A stretch of 31,027 nt of DNA. It comes from an uncultured Gammaproteobacteria bacterium (GTDB taxonomy: Bacteria; Pseudomonadota; Gammaproteobacteria; Magnimaribacterales; TMED112). Shown piece after piece: positions 17,015-26,760 of the stretch. The stretch is taken from assembly GCA_964342225.1 (NCBI GenBank), contig CAYFES010000002.1:1-31027 (forward strand), in the 5' to 3' direction. The position numbers and the translations under genes were made by a program. The number at the start of each line of letters is the position of its first letter. The first letter of the stretch is position 1. The notes beneath the pieces are model-generated. The model was not told where the DNA came from and did no database searches. It saw only the letters and a program-made list of their open reading frames with translations.

Positions 17015-17964
17015 TAAACCTTATTAACTTTTTCAGCTTGAATTGAAAGTAAATTCTCTTGTTTAACTTTTTTAAAGCAAACTTCTTGCATTGTTTTTAG
17101 TTCACCAATGTTATCAACCCATTGAGATAGTAAATCCTTAAAATTTTCATCATCAATTTCAGCAAGAGAAGCGGGAGGAAGCATATCACTCATAATGCCA
17201 CATTTAGTTGACAATACTGGTACATTACAAAAAAGAGATTCAAATAAAACTTTTGGTGAACCTTCTCTATTAGAAGGTATTATTAGCGCTTTAGCTTTTG
17301 AGAATAGTTCAGCAATATTATTTGTTTCAGATTTTAAGGATATTTGATTAGATAAATTGAGATCTTTAATTAAATTTTGCATTTCACTTTTCAATGCGCC
17401 TTCGCCAACCATGATTAATTTATGATCTATGTCTTTCCAAGCATTAATTAGTCTTTTAGGGTTCTTAACGGGTTCAAATCTACCTAGGTAAAGAAAATAT
17501 TCACTTTCAGATTTTGAATAGCTGCTAAACCTGCTTTCGTCGACCCAATTCTCTAGAACCATGGAATTTGATGACGATATTCTCTCTAGTGATTTTTTGC
17601 TAGCCCCAAATATAAAGTCTGTTTTTTCAAAAGGAGAAATATCTTTCTTAGTTCCATGAATAGTTGAGACATGAAGATTTAAATCTTTGAATTTATTAAC
17701 AATGCTAGTCATCTTGCTTGCGTGAGTATGCAATACATCAGGAGCTATGGAGTTAATTATTGTTTTAGTTTGATTCAATAGAATCGGTGAATGTCTCCAT
17801 TGGTCGGTATCTAAGACTTTATATTTGCAACGAAAATTTTCTTTCAAACTTTCAGGACCTACGACAACAATTTCATGGCTTTTTGATTGTTCATAAGAAA
17901 GCTCTTCTAAGTGTCTCTCTAATCCAGCAAATACTTTGCTAGAAAATAAATGCAAGATTTTCAT
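16984..17964 (-). CDS. GT4 glycosyltransferase
   Basis: GLERH, DVLHTH, LGRFEPVKN and REGSPKVLFE (Ex7E). Confidence 0.88.
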   Translation of the reverse strand: MKILHLFSSKVFAGLERHLEELSYEQSKSHEIVVVGPESLKENFRCKYKVLDTDQWRHSPILLNQTKTIINSIAPDVLHTHASKMTSIVNKFKDLNLHVSTIHGTKKDISPFEKTDFIFGASKKSLERISSSNSMVLENWVDESRFSSYSKSESEYFLYLGRFEPVKNPKRLINAWKDIDHKLIMVGEGALKSEMQNLIKDLNLSNQISLKSETNNIAELFSKAKALIIPSNREGSPKVLFESLFCNVPVLSTKCGIMSDMLPPASLAEIDDENFKDLLSQWVDNIGELKTMQEVCFKKVKQENLLSIQAEKVNKVYQDLFSRASK

Positions 17965-18881
17965 AGTCTTTCTAATAATTCTTCAACCACTCTTTTAACT
18001 TCCTTCAGATGAATATTTTTTTGAGGATGTATAATTTCAGCAGACTTAATAGAACGAGATAACATATGTCGCTTTGAGTCAATATATCCTATGTGGCCTT
18101 GTTCCTTTAGCTTATTAATATTCCTAGTGACTTTAGTTTTTCGTTTGCTTCCATATTGATCATCAATGTGATGTTCATGATGAAAAACATAAACCATTGT
18201 TTTAGTAGAAAGTCCTTCATATAAAACCGACACACTTTCTGGCGTTAAAAAAGTTATTTCACTTCGCATCATTTCATTTGATAACCAATCTTCGGCAGTA
18301 TTCTTCCAGCTATAAAATTCTGCGTTTCCTGGATGATTTGGTTGATCCAAGTTAGGCGATCTTGGTGAGGTAGTAATTTTCCATTTATAGTCTTTAAAAA
18401 TATCGTTTAAAAGCCATTCAATTTGTTGTGAAAGGACATTTTTTCGAAAATGATAGTGTCTGCTTTTACCTCCAATGACAATAAGGCCTGTCTTTGGAAT
18501 AGTTTCTTGATCAGAGTATTCTGATAAAACACCTTGAGTCGAAATTACATTTTTGGGCTTATTGAAATAATATGTATCCATATCTGGAACTATAGCTATA
18601 TCAAACCATTGTGTAGGCCTCATAGAGGGCTTCATTAAAACAATTGTTTTTGCTGTTGGGTGTTCTTTTTTTGCTAGCAACATATGTTTATGAGTGTTAT
18701 TGCCAGCTCCAATAATTATGTCGGGTTTAGAGCTATGCACTTCCCAAGAGTTAAATTCATAGACTTTTAGCTGTTTAAATTGTGACAATTCAGAAATTAA
18801 TGCATTAATTTGCTTTTCATGGCCTTTTTTTCCATCTTTAAAGGCCCAAATTGTAATTTCTTCTTTTTGTTTAAGGGACAT
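17961..18881 (-). CDS. ELM1/GtrOC1-family putative glycosyltransferase (DUF1022)
   Basis: DGKKGHEKQ, IIGAG, VLMKPS...FD.AIVP, IGGKSRHY, TTSPRSP and TPESVS motifs, next to GT4 genes. Confidence 0.82.
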   Translation of the reverse strand: MSLKQKEEITIWAFKDGKKGHEKQINALISELSQFKQLKVYEFNSWEVHSSKPDIIIGAGNNTHKHMLLAKKEHPTAKTIVLMKPSMRPTQWFDIAIVPDMDTYYFNKPKNVISTQGVLSEYSDQETIPKTGLIVIGGKSRHYHFRKNVLSQQIEWLLNDIFKDYKWKITTSPRSPNLDQPNHPGNAEFYSWKNTAEDWLSNEMMRSEITFLTPESVSVLYEGLSTKTMVYVFHHEHHIDDQYGSKRKTKVTRNINKLKEQGHIGYIDSKRHMLSRSIKSAEIIHPQKNIHLKEVKRVVEELLERL

Positions 18882-18899
18882 AGATTAAAATAATGATAC

Positions 18900-19673
18900 A
18901 TGGATCAGAATAATCAATACAAATCTGTTTTTTTATCAGATATACATTTAGGGTTTAGTGGCTGCCAAAGCGATAAGCTTGACCTTTTTCTTAGCAATCT
19001 CAAATGCAAAGAGCTGTATCTTGTTGGCGATATTATTGATTTTTGGGCAATGGAAGATAATTTCTTTTGGCCTGATATTCATACGAAGATATTAGATAGA
19101 CTTATTGAGCTTAAAGAACAAGGTGTAGAAGTGAAATATATTTCTGGCAATCATGATGATCCTTTGAGAGAAGATAGAATACTAGAAGACCTATATAATA
19201 GAGGAGAGCCTTATCACACGATAATTAATCAATTAGATAAATTAGATCATTGTGAGCGATATGATTTCATATCAAAAAAACACGGAAAAATTTTACTAAT
19301 ACATGGCGATCAATACGATTCTGTAACCACTAATGCAAAATGGATATCTAAGCTTGGAGGTCTAATCTATGACGGCCTCATATATATAAATCGCCCACTT
19401 TCAAAACGTTTAAAAGCATTAACCAAAAGGCTTGTGGATGGAGCTAGTGGGTTCCATAAAAAAGTAAAAAATGAATGCCAAAAAGGAGAATATGCTGGTT
19501 TAATGTGTGGACACAATCACAGACCAGAAATTAAAAAATTTGAAAGCCATTTTTATCTAAATACAGGCGATTGGATTGAATCATGTTCTGCTATAGTTGA
19601 GCTGACGGATGGTTCAATTCAGCTTATAAAAGTAGACAATAACAATAATATTACTAAGGCTGCAGAATTATGA
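18900..19673 (+). CDS. plcP: Calcineurin-like metallophosphoesterase, PlcP (phospholipase C) / LpxH2-like
   Basis: SDIHLG..GCQ, LVGDIID, GNHD, HGDQYD, CGHNH and NTGDWIES, immediately upstream of an Agt-like GT4. Confidence 0.75.
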   Translation: MDQNNQYKSVFLSDIHLGFSGCQSDKLDLFLSNLKCKELYLVGDIIDFWAMEDNFFWPDIHTKILDRLIELKEQGVEVKYISGNHDDPLREDRILEDLYNRGEPYHTIINQLDKLDHCERYDFISKKHGKILLIHGDQYDSVTTNAKWISKLGGLIYDGLIYINRPLSKRLKALTKRLVDGASGFHKKVKNECQKGEYAGLMCGHNHRPEIKKFESHFYLNTGDWIESCSAIVELTDGSIQLIKVDNNNNITKAAEL

Positions 19674-20662
19674 AGAAAATTTTGATAGTTACCGATGCAT
19701 GGAAGCCTCAAGTTAATGGAGTAGTTACAACTATGACCACGGTAGTAGACAAGCTAGAAGAAAAGGGTTTTCATGTTGATGTAATACATCCAGGGCTATT
19801 TCATACATTTCCTCTTCCTAATTATCCAGAAATATCAGTTGCATGGAATTTTTGGGACCTTAAAAAGAAAATACAAAAACTTAAGCCAGATTATTTCCAT
19901 ATTTCAGTTGAAGGACCATTAGGATTAACTGCAAGACATTATTGTTTAGAACACAAAATTCCTTATACATCTTGTATTCACACAAAATTTCCAGAATATG
20001 TATATGAAAGATTTGGTATTGGTCTTGATGCTACGAAGGGATTATTGAAATGGTTCCATAATTCTGCAGCCAAGACACTTGTTAATACTAAAAGCCATAT
20101 GGAAGATCTATCGTCTGATGGTTTTACAGATCTTTTTCTATGGTCTAGAGGTTTTGATGAAAAAATCTTCTATCCAGCTAAAGAGGGAAGCAAAAAAAAG
20201 TATTTACTTTATGTCGGTAGAGTCGCAGTCGAGAAGAATATAGAAGAATTTTTAAAAATGGAATCTGATTTGCCTAAAGTTGTTGTTGGTGGAGGTCCTA
20301 GTCTTAAGTCATATCAAAAAAAATATCCAGATGTTGAGTTTGTTGGATTTAAAGTGGGAGATGAGCTTGCTGATTTTTATAGAGATGCAGCATGCTTTGT
20401 ATTTCCATCTAAAACCGATACATTTGGCATTGTCTTAATCGAAGCTCTTGCATGTGGAACACCAATTGCCGGCTTCAATGTTACAGGACCTAAAGATATA
20501 GTAATAGAAGGTGTTAATGGTTCACTTGATAATGAGAATCTTAGTTTAGCTGTCGAAAAAGCATTAAAAGTTGATAGAGAATCAACCTTTCAATCTTCAA
20601 AAACTTATACTTGGGATACAGTTGCAGACCAATTTATAGATTCACTGATACCAATTAAATAA
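19670..20662 (+). CDS. agt: GT4 diacylglycerol glycosyltransferase, Agt-like
   Basis: IVTDAWxPQVNGVV, PxYPEI, EGPLG, HTKFPEY, YVGRVAVEKNIE, FPSKTDTFG and EALACGTP; ATGA overlap with plcP. Confidence 0.78.
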   Translation: MKKILIVTDAWKPQVNGVVTTMTTVVDKLEEKGFHVDVIHPGLFHTFPLPNYPEISVAWNFWDLKKKIQKLKPDYFHISVEGPLGLTARHYCLEHKIPYTSCIHTKFPEYVYERFGIGLDATKGLLKWFHNSAAKTLVNTKSHMEDLSSDGFTDLFLWSRGFDEKIFYPAKEGSKKKYLLYVGRVAVEKNIEEFLKMESDLPKVVVGGGPSLKSYQKKYPDVEFVGFKVGDELADFYRDAACFVFPSKTDTFGIVLIEALACGTPIAGFNVTGPKDIVIEGVNGSLDNENLSLAVEKALKVDRESTFQSSKTYTWDTVADQFIDSLIPIK

Positions 20663-20663
20663 A

Positions 20664-21383
20664 ATGTTTCTTTTTTATCCGCTTTCAGACGACAACCCTA
20701 CACCGAGAAAACCAATTTTAACTTGGACGATCATAGGGATTAATGTATTAGTCTTTCTGTATCAAATGTCTCTAGGGGATGCAGCAAATAATAGACTCGT
20801 AAGTGACTATGGGGTTAGGCCTAGTGTTTTTACAGATTTTAATGATCTTCATACCATCGTTACTTCTGCATTTTTGCATGGTGGCTTTGCTCACTTATTT
20901 TCCAATATGCTTTTTCTGTATATCTATGGCGACAATATAGAAGCCTATCTAGGTAGAGTTAATTTCTTAATATTTTATGCTCTTGGTGGTGTTTCAGCTG
21001 CATTATTGCAATCTTTTTTCTCAGGCGGTCTAGATGTTCCTATGATTGGGGCAAGTGGCTGCATAGCAGCAATAATGGGAGCTTATTTTGTGCTATATCC
21101 GCAAGCAAGAATTAGAGTATTTATTTGGTTCTTTATTTTCATACAATTTGTAAAAATACCCGCAAGCATAGTAATTGGTATGTGGATCTTTGGCCAATTA
21201 ATAAGTGCAGCTGGAAACACATATGATGGAGTTGCATATTTTGCTCATATTGGAGGATTTATATTTGGATATTTAGCAATAAAATTCTTTTTTAAAGAGT
21301 ACGTTCAATATGAAGAAATTAGTGAAAACAATTTACCAATATCAAGAAAAAATAAATCACAAGGATTAACAAGAGATGATTGA
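20664..21383 (+). CDS. Rhomboid intramembrane serine protease
   Basis: FLHGGFAHLFSNM, GDNIE, catalytic GASG and AYFAHIGG. Confidence 0.93.
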   Translation: MFLFYPLSDDNPTPRKPILTWTIIGINVLVFLYQMSLGDAANNRLVSDYGVRPSVFTDFNDLHTIVTSAFLHGGFAHLFSNMLFLYIYGDNIEAYLGRVNFLIFYALGGVSAALLQSFFSGGLDVPMIGASGCIAAIMGAYFVLYPQARIRVFIWFFIFIQFVKIPASIVIGMWIFGQLISAAGNTYDGVAYFAHIGGFIFGYLAIKFFFKEYVQYEEISENNLPISRKNKSQGLTRDD

Positions 21384-21666
21384 AAAAATAGAGCAAAGAC
21401 TATCAGAAAATATTGAATGCATTCATCTCGAAGTTATAGATGAAAGCCCTAATCATGGTGGCTATAATGGCTCAGTTTCTCATTTAAAAATCATTATTGT
21501 TTCAGATCAATTCATTGATCAATCTTTGATAAATAGACATAAACTGGTTTATAAAGCTATGGGAGATTTTGTAGGAAAAATACACGCAATATCTATAGTT
21601 TCAAAAACTAGCAATCAATGGGAAGAATCTAGTGAATATCCTGATTCTCCCGAGTGTGCTAAATAA
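21376..21666 (+). CDS. bolA: BolA-family protein
   Basis: LEVIDES..H, SHLKIIIVSDQF, RHKLVY and IHAISI. Confidence 0.9.
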   Translation: MIEKIEQRLSENIECIHLEVIDESPNHGGYNGSVSHLKIIIVSDQFIDQSLINRHKLVYKAMGDFVGKIHAISIVSKTSNQWEESSEYPDSPECAK

Positions 21667-23933
21667 TGATTCAAGATTTTTTTCAAAAAATAATTAATCA
21701 TAAATATTTATTCTTGTTTGGATTATTTCTTCTCTTAGGCACTTCTTTGCTAGGGTTAAATAATTTTAGATTTGATGCTTCATCTGAGACTCTAGTTCTT
21801 GATAGCGATATTGATTATCAAATCTATGATGAAATAAACGATGAATTTGGAACTTCAGAATACGTAATTTTAGCAATTAAAAATGATCAGATATTTTCTC
21901 AAGAATCATTGATTCAGCTAAAAGCTGTTCAAGACAAACTTCTTGCTTTAGAAGTGGTTAGTGATGTTATATCAATATTAGATGCACCAATATTCGAGCA
22001 ACCAAAAGTATCTTTAATTAAATCAGCTGATAACGATAAGTATTTATTGATCGATGAGCTTGATTTAGATAAAGCAAAACAAGAATTGAGCACAAGCCCA
22101 ATTTTTAATGAGTTAGTAATCAGTAAAGATGGTGAAGTTACCGCTATGCAGATCAACCTATATGATAGAGATGATTATTCGCAAGCTATGGCTGAAATAA
22201 GAGCTATTATTAACAGCAATCAGACATTTGAAATGTATCTAGCTGGTCCAGCAATGATAGTGGTCGATACAATAGATTTTATTAAAGCTGATGTAAACAC
22301 TTTCGGCACTCTGACTGTAATTATATTTTTCATATTACTTACTTTATTCTTTAGAGACCTTTGGTCAGTGTCAGTGGTCATATTAAATGCCGGTTTAGTT
22401 ATGTTATCTACAATGGGTATTCTAGGTTTATTTGATTGGCCAATAAGCATAGTCTCTTCAAATTTTCTTGCTCTTTTGTTAATTGCATCAATTGCGATAT
22501 CAATACATATTCTTGTTAAAGTTCAAGAAGGTGTTGAAGAGGACATTACCAACGCCGAATCATTTTCAAAGATTATTACACCATGTTTCTATGCGGCTTT
22601 GACAACAGCTGTAGGATTCTTATCTTTAATTTTAAGTGACATTAAGCCCGTAATTGATTTTGGAAAAATGATGGCTGTCGGAGTCTGTTTAAATTTTTTT
22701 GTATCGTTTATCTTTATTCCCAGCGCTCTAGCTATTAGAAATATAACAGCAAATAAAAATAAGAGTTTAGTGCCTTTTTTCTATAACAATATTTACTTAA
22801 CAGGCAGAAGTTTTGTTAGAAAATTTTACCTTCCAATTCTTCTAATTAGTTTTCCTTTATTTTTTTATTTCAGCTCGAATCTAAAAGTTGAGAATAAATT
22901 TATTGATTACTTTAATGAAAATACTGAGATCTATCAGGGCATGTCTTTGATAGACGATAAATTGGGAGGAACAACTCCAATAGAAATTATTTTAGAGTTG
23001 CCCGAAGAAGAATTTTTTATCGACGAAGATGATCTTTTCTTTAGCGAAGGTTCAGAAACAGTTACTTATTGGTGGCGTGAAAAAAATATGAATGTTTTAG
23101 AAGAAGTTCAAGAAGGCCTAACTGAATTTGATGCTTTAGGTAAAGCTTTAAGCCTAGTAAATGGAGTTCAGCTTGCTGAAAGATTAAATGATGATAATGA
23201 AATTAGCGATTTAGAGCTGGCATTTGTAAAAAATTCTTTGATTGAAAGTGAAAAAGCTAAAGATCTATTAAATGAATTTATCTCAGAAGATGAGAGAAGC
23301 GCAAGAATAACAATCAGAACGATTGATTCATTTGACGGTATAAATCGAAATCAACTTCTCTTAGATGTAGATAATTTTCTTTCTGAAGTCTTATCTAATA
23401 GTGATGTCAGTTATACCGTAAGTGGTTTAGGAGTTTTATATAACAATTTATTGCAGAGCCTATTTAGCTCACAGATAAAAACTATATCTTTGGTTTTCGC
23501 AGCAATTTTTTTAATGCTATTGGTCTTATTTAGATCATTTTTAAATGCATTATTTATTATTGTTGTGCCAGCATTTTCTGTTGGTATTGTTCTTTCTTTG
23601 ATGAGCATATTTAATATCCCGTTAGATATCATGACCATTACAATTGCATCTATATCAGTTGGAATGTCTGTCGATTATTCGATACATTTTGCTTGGAGAT
23701 ATCTACAAGAGAGAAAAAAATCACAGGAAAATAGTGAAAAAGAAACAATCTATTCTACTGGTAGAGCTATATTGATCACAGGGTTAACAATTATCGTAGG
23801 ATTTTTAATCTTTATATTTTCTAATTTTAATCCTACAGTTCTCTTTGGTATTTTTTCAGCGCTTGCAATTCATGTGAGCATGGTAATGTCATTCCGATTC
23901 TTACCAGTGCTATTGAATTTAAACTTTAAATAA
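21666..23933 (+). CDS. MMPL/RND-family membrane transporter (putative lipid exporter)
   Basis: Two repeats of TM, periplasmic loop and 5 TM; LAGPA, LTTAVGFLSL, FGKMMAVG, SISVGMSVDYSIHF and TGRAIL. Confidence 0.88.
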   Translation: MIQDFFQKIINHKYLFLFGLFLLLGTSLLGLNNFRFDASSETLVLDSDIDYQIYDEINDEFGTSEYVILAIKNDQIFSQESLIQLKAVQDKLLALEVVSDVISILDAPIFEQPKVSLIKSADNDKYLLIDELDLDKAKQELSTSPIFNELVISKDGEVTAMQINLYDRDDYSQAMAEIRAIINSNQTFEMYLAGPAMIVVDTIDFIKADVNTFGTLTVIIFFILLTLFFRDLWSVSVVILNAGLVMLSTMGILGLFDWPISIVSSNFLALLLIASIAISIHILVKVQEGVEEDITNAESFSKIITPCFYAALTTAVGFLSLILSDIKPVIDFGKMMAVGVCLNFFVSFIFIPSALAIRNITANKNKSLVPFFYNNIYLTGRSFVRKFYLPILLISFPLFFYFSSNLKVENKFIDYFNENTEIYQGMSLIDDKLGGTTPIEIILELPEEEFFIDEDDLFFSEGSETVTYWWREKNMNVLEEVQEGLTEFDALGKALSLVNGVQLAERLNDDNEISDLELAFVKNSLIESEKAKDLLNEFISEDERSARITIRTIDSFDGINRNQLLLDVDNFLSEVLSNSDVSYTVSGLGVLYNNLLQSLFSSQIKTISLVFAAIFLMLLVLFRSFLNALFIIVVPAFSVGIVLSLMSIFNIPLDIMTITIASISVGMSVDYSIHFAWRYLQERKKSQENSEKETIYSTGRAILITGLTIIVGFLIFIFSNFNPTVLFGIFSALAIHVSMVMSFRFLPVLLNLNFK

Positions 23934-24704
23934 AACTTTAAAATTATTTGTAGTTAAATTTCCCAATTCATCCTCTGAAATATCTAGTTCTTTAGCTATA
24001 GCAGAAAGAATATGGTTGAGGTATTTTGGCTCATTCCTATTATTTTTTGGTTTAGGAGTTAAATCTTTAGGCAATAAGTATGGAGCATCAGTTTCAATTA
24101 ACATTCTGTCAGCAGGAATATATTTCAATAAGCTTTTAACCTCATTACCTCTTTTAGGGTCACAAATCCATCCAGTAATACCTATATAAAGACCTAAATC
24201 AAGAAAACTTTTTAATTCCTCTTTAGTGCCTGTAAAACAATGAACGATACTTGGAGATAAGCGATCTATGGCATTGTTTAAAATTGGGTAAAAATCAGAA
24301 AAAGCATCTCTATGATGTAAAAAGGCTGGCAATTTTGTTTCTATGGCAAGTTCCAATAGATTTTCAAAGCATTTTTTTTGGATTTCATGACTTTGAAAAT
24401 TTCTAAAATAATCTAAACCTATTTCTCCGATTGCTTTTACAGAATCATGATTGGTATGCTGTTTTAAATCTCTGTAAGTGCTAGGTTTTAATTCGGAAGA
24501 GTGGTGCGGATGTATTCCTATGCCAGCAAATATATTTTCTGGCATTTTCTCACATGTTTCTAATATATCTTCAATTTCTATTTCTCTTGATGCGGGACAA
24601 AAGAGATACTTAATATTAGAAGATAGAGAATCATTAATTACAGAATCTAAGTCTTTTTTAAAGCTCTCATGTGTGAAATTGAAACAACTATCTGCTAATA
24701 ACAT
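23919..24704 (-). CDS. tatD: TatD-family nuclease (E. coli TatD subtype)
   Basis: GIHPH, IGEIGLDY, FLHxRDA, HCFTG and ETDAPYL. Confidence 0.92.
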   Translation of the reverse strand: MLLADSCFNFTHESFKKDLDSVINDSLSSNIKYLFCPASREIEIEDILETCEKMPENIFAGIGIHPHHSSELKPSTYRDLKQHTNHDSVKAIGEIGLDYFRNFQSHEIQKKCFENLLELAIETKLPAFLHHRDAFSDFYPILNNAIDRLSPSIVHCFTGTKEELKSFLDLGLYIGITGWICDPKRGNEVKSLLKYIPADRMLIETDAPYLLPKDLTPKPKNNRNEPKYLNHILSAIAKELDISEDELGNLTTNNFKVLFKV

Positions 24705-24733
24705 TTGAAATTAATTTTGATAAACTCTAACCT
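24705..24733 (+). promoter_or_regulatory. Sigma70-type promoter, probably leaderless, for the moxR operon
   Basis: TTGAAA (24705-24710)-17 bp-TAACCT (24728-24733), then 7 nt to the ATG at 24741. Confidence 0.6.
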
Positions 24734-24740
24734 AGTCCAA

Positions 24741-25589
24741 ATGAGATTCCAAGGAACAAAAAAATATATAGCATCAGAAGACTTAAAGTTGGCAGTTGAT
24801 GCTGCTCTAAATTTAGAAAAACCCTTGTTAATAAAAGGGGAACCAGGAACTGGTAAAACTATGCTTGCAGTTGAGGTAGCAGAAGCTTTAAACATGCGTT
24901 TAATTGAATGGCACATCAAATCAACCACAAAAGCTACACAAGGCTTATATGAATATGATGCAGTCTCTAGACTAAGAGATTCTCAATTAGGAGATGAAAA
25001 AGTTAAAGATGTCGCAAACTATATTAAAAAAGGAAAATTGTGGGATGCATTTACTTCTGAAGAACAAATTGTGCTTCTAGTTGATGAAATAGATAAAGCT
25101 GATATTGAATTTCCAAATGACTTATTACAAGAGTTAGACAGAATGGAATTCTATTGTTATGAGTTAGATAAGACCATAAAAGCTAAAAAGAGACCGCTAG
25201 TTATAATTACATCAAATAACGAAAAAGATTTGCCCGATGCTTTTTTAAGAAGGTGTTTTTTCCACTACATAGCATTCCCCGATAGAGAGGGATTGGAAAA
25301 AATTATCAATGTCCATATACCGAAAATTAAAAAGAAACTTCTTAAAGATGCATTTGATGTGTTCTTTGACATACGAAAAGTCCCAGGACTTAAAAAGAAA
25401 CCATCAACTTCTGAATTAATCGATTGGTTGAAACTGATAGTGTCCGATGATTTAGCTCAAGAAGTGCTTGCTTCTGATCAAAGTAAATTAATTCCTCCAC
25501 TATATGGAGCATTAATAAAAAATGAACAGGATGTTGAATTGTTACAGCGTCTTGCTTTCATGAGCAGAAGAGACTCAAGTGCTAATTAA
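24741..25589 (+). CDS. MoxR-family AAA+ ATPase (282 aa from ATG 24741)
   Basis: Walker A GEPGTGKT, Walker B LLVDEIDKA and SNNEKDLPDAFLRR. The ORF-track TTG start at 24705 coincides with the -35 box and is probably not used. Confidence 0.92.
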   Translation: MRFQGTKKYIASEDLKLAVDAALNLEKPLLIKGEPGTGKTMLAVEVAEALNMRLIEWHIKSTTKATQGLYEYDAVSRLRDSQLGDEKVKDVANYIKKGKLWDAFTSEEQIVLLVDEIDKADIEFPNDLLQELDRMEFYCYELDKTIKAKKRPLVIITSNNEKDLPDAFLRRCFFHYIAFPDREGLEKIINVHIPKIKKKLLKDAFDVFFDIRKVPGLKKKPSTSELIDWLKLIVSDDLAQEVLASDQSKLIPPLYGALIKNEQDVELLQRLAFMSRRDSSAN

Positions 25590-26760
25590 TCTTTTTAATA
25601 CAGTAAGAGCCTATGGAATACCGGTAAGTGTTAGAGAACTTCTAGATCTTTTAAATGCACTTGAGAAAAAAATAGTTTTTGCTGATTGGAATGAGTTCTA
25701 TTACTTATCAAGATCTGTTTTAGTTAAAGATGAAAAATATTTTGATAAATTTGATAGAGCTTTTGATATTTATTTTAGAGGTATTGAAAATTTAGATGAT
25801 ATTTTTAAAACTTTGATCCCAGATGAATGGTTAAGAGAGCAATTCAAAAAGAATCTGTCTTCAGAAGACCTAAAAAAAATTAAAGATTTAGGCGGCTTAG
25901 AGAAATTAATGGAAGAGTTTAAAAAACGACTAGAAGAACAGAAAAAAGCTCACCATGGCGGCAGTAAATGGATAGGAACAGCTGGAACTTCACCTTTTGG
26001 TAATTCTGGAAACCATCCTAATGGAATTCGAGTTGGAGGAAAATCCAACAAAGGCATGGCAGCAAAAGTTTGGGAAGAAAGGACTTATGAAAATCTTGAT
26101 GATTCAGTTCAGCTGGGTACGAGAAATATAAAAATTGCTTTAAGAAGGCTTAGAAGAATGGCAAGAAAAGGAGAAGATTTTGAATTCAGTCTTGATAACA
26201 CAATTAAAAGTACAGCAAAAAATGCGGGAATATTGGAATTGGAGTACATCAGAGAAAAACTCAATGATATAAACCTAATAGTTTTCTTTGATGTGGGAGG
26301 ATCCATGGATCCATTTGTTAAATTATGTGAAGAACTTTTTTCAGCAGCAAAATCAGAATTTAAAAATCTGGAATATTATTACTTTCACAACTGTATCTAT
26401 GAGTCTGTCTGGACTGATAACTATAGAAGAAATGAAAATAGAGTTGAAACACAAACTATTATCAACAAATTTACCAAGAATCATAAAGTAATAATTATTG
26501 GAGACGCCAGTATGGCCCCATATGAACTTACTAATGCAGGCGGTAGCATTGAGCATTGGAATAAGGAAGCTGGTGAACTTTGGCTTAAGAAAATAAAATC
26601 CAATTTTTATAAAACTGTTTGGTTGAATCCTGTTCACGAAGATCATTGGGACTATACATCAACTATAAGCATGATCTCAGGCTTGATGGAACAGAAAATG
26701 TACCCATTAACTATAAGTGGCATCTCTGATGCAGTTGCACATTTATCGCGAAGACATTAA
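25579..26760 (+). CDS. VWA-domain partner of MoxR (CoxE-like)
   Basis: GGSKWIGTAGTSPFG, MIDAS-like FDVGGSMDP, YFHNC, GDASMAPYE and WLNP. Confidence 0.88.
   Translation: MLINLFNTVRAYGIPVSVRELLDLLNALEKKIVFADWNEFYYLSRSVLVKDEKYFDKFDRAFDIYFRGIENLDDIFKTLIPDEWLREQFKKNLSSEDLKKIKDLGGLEKLMEEFKKRLEEQKKAHHGGSKWIGTAGTSPFGNSGNHPNGIRVGGKSNKGMAAKVWEERTYENLDDSVQLGTRNIKIALRRLRRMARKGEDFEFSLDNTIKSTAKNAGILELEYIREKLNDINLIVFFDVGGSMDPFVKLCEELFSAAKSEFKNLEYYYFHNCIYESVWTDNYRRNENRVETQTIINKFTKNHKVIIIGDASMAPYELTNAGGSIEHWNKEAGELWLKKIKSNFYKTVWLNPVHEDHWDYTSTISMISGLMEQKMYPLTISGISDAVAHLSRRH

Noticed and set aside
18780-18899. Pho box upstream of plcP
   Set aside because: No convincing pair of CTGTCAT-like direct repeats at 11-bp spacing was found, so PhoB control is not supported from the sequence.
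18900-19673. Annotation as lipid A enzyme LpxH
   Set aside because: It has GNHD rather than the GNRD typical of LpxH and is coupled to an Agt-like GT4. Not fully excluded without phylogeny.
22990-23060. Acidic/aromatic stretch ELPEEEFFIDEDDLFFSE in the MMPL protein
   Set aside because: Looks like a low-complexity periplasmic loop; no DNA repeat or functional evidence.
24705-24740. TTG start giving a 294-aa MoxR
   Set aside because: It abuts the divergent tatD start with zero gap and coincides with a well-spaced -35 box; MRFQGT at 24741 is the family-like N-terminus.
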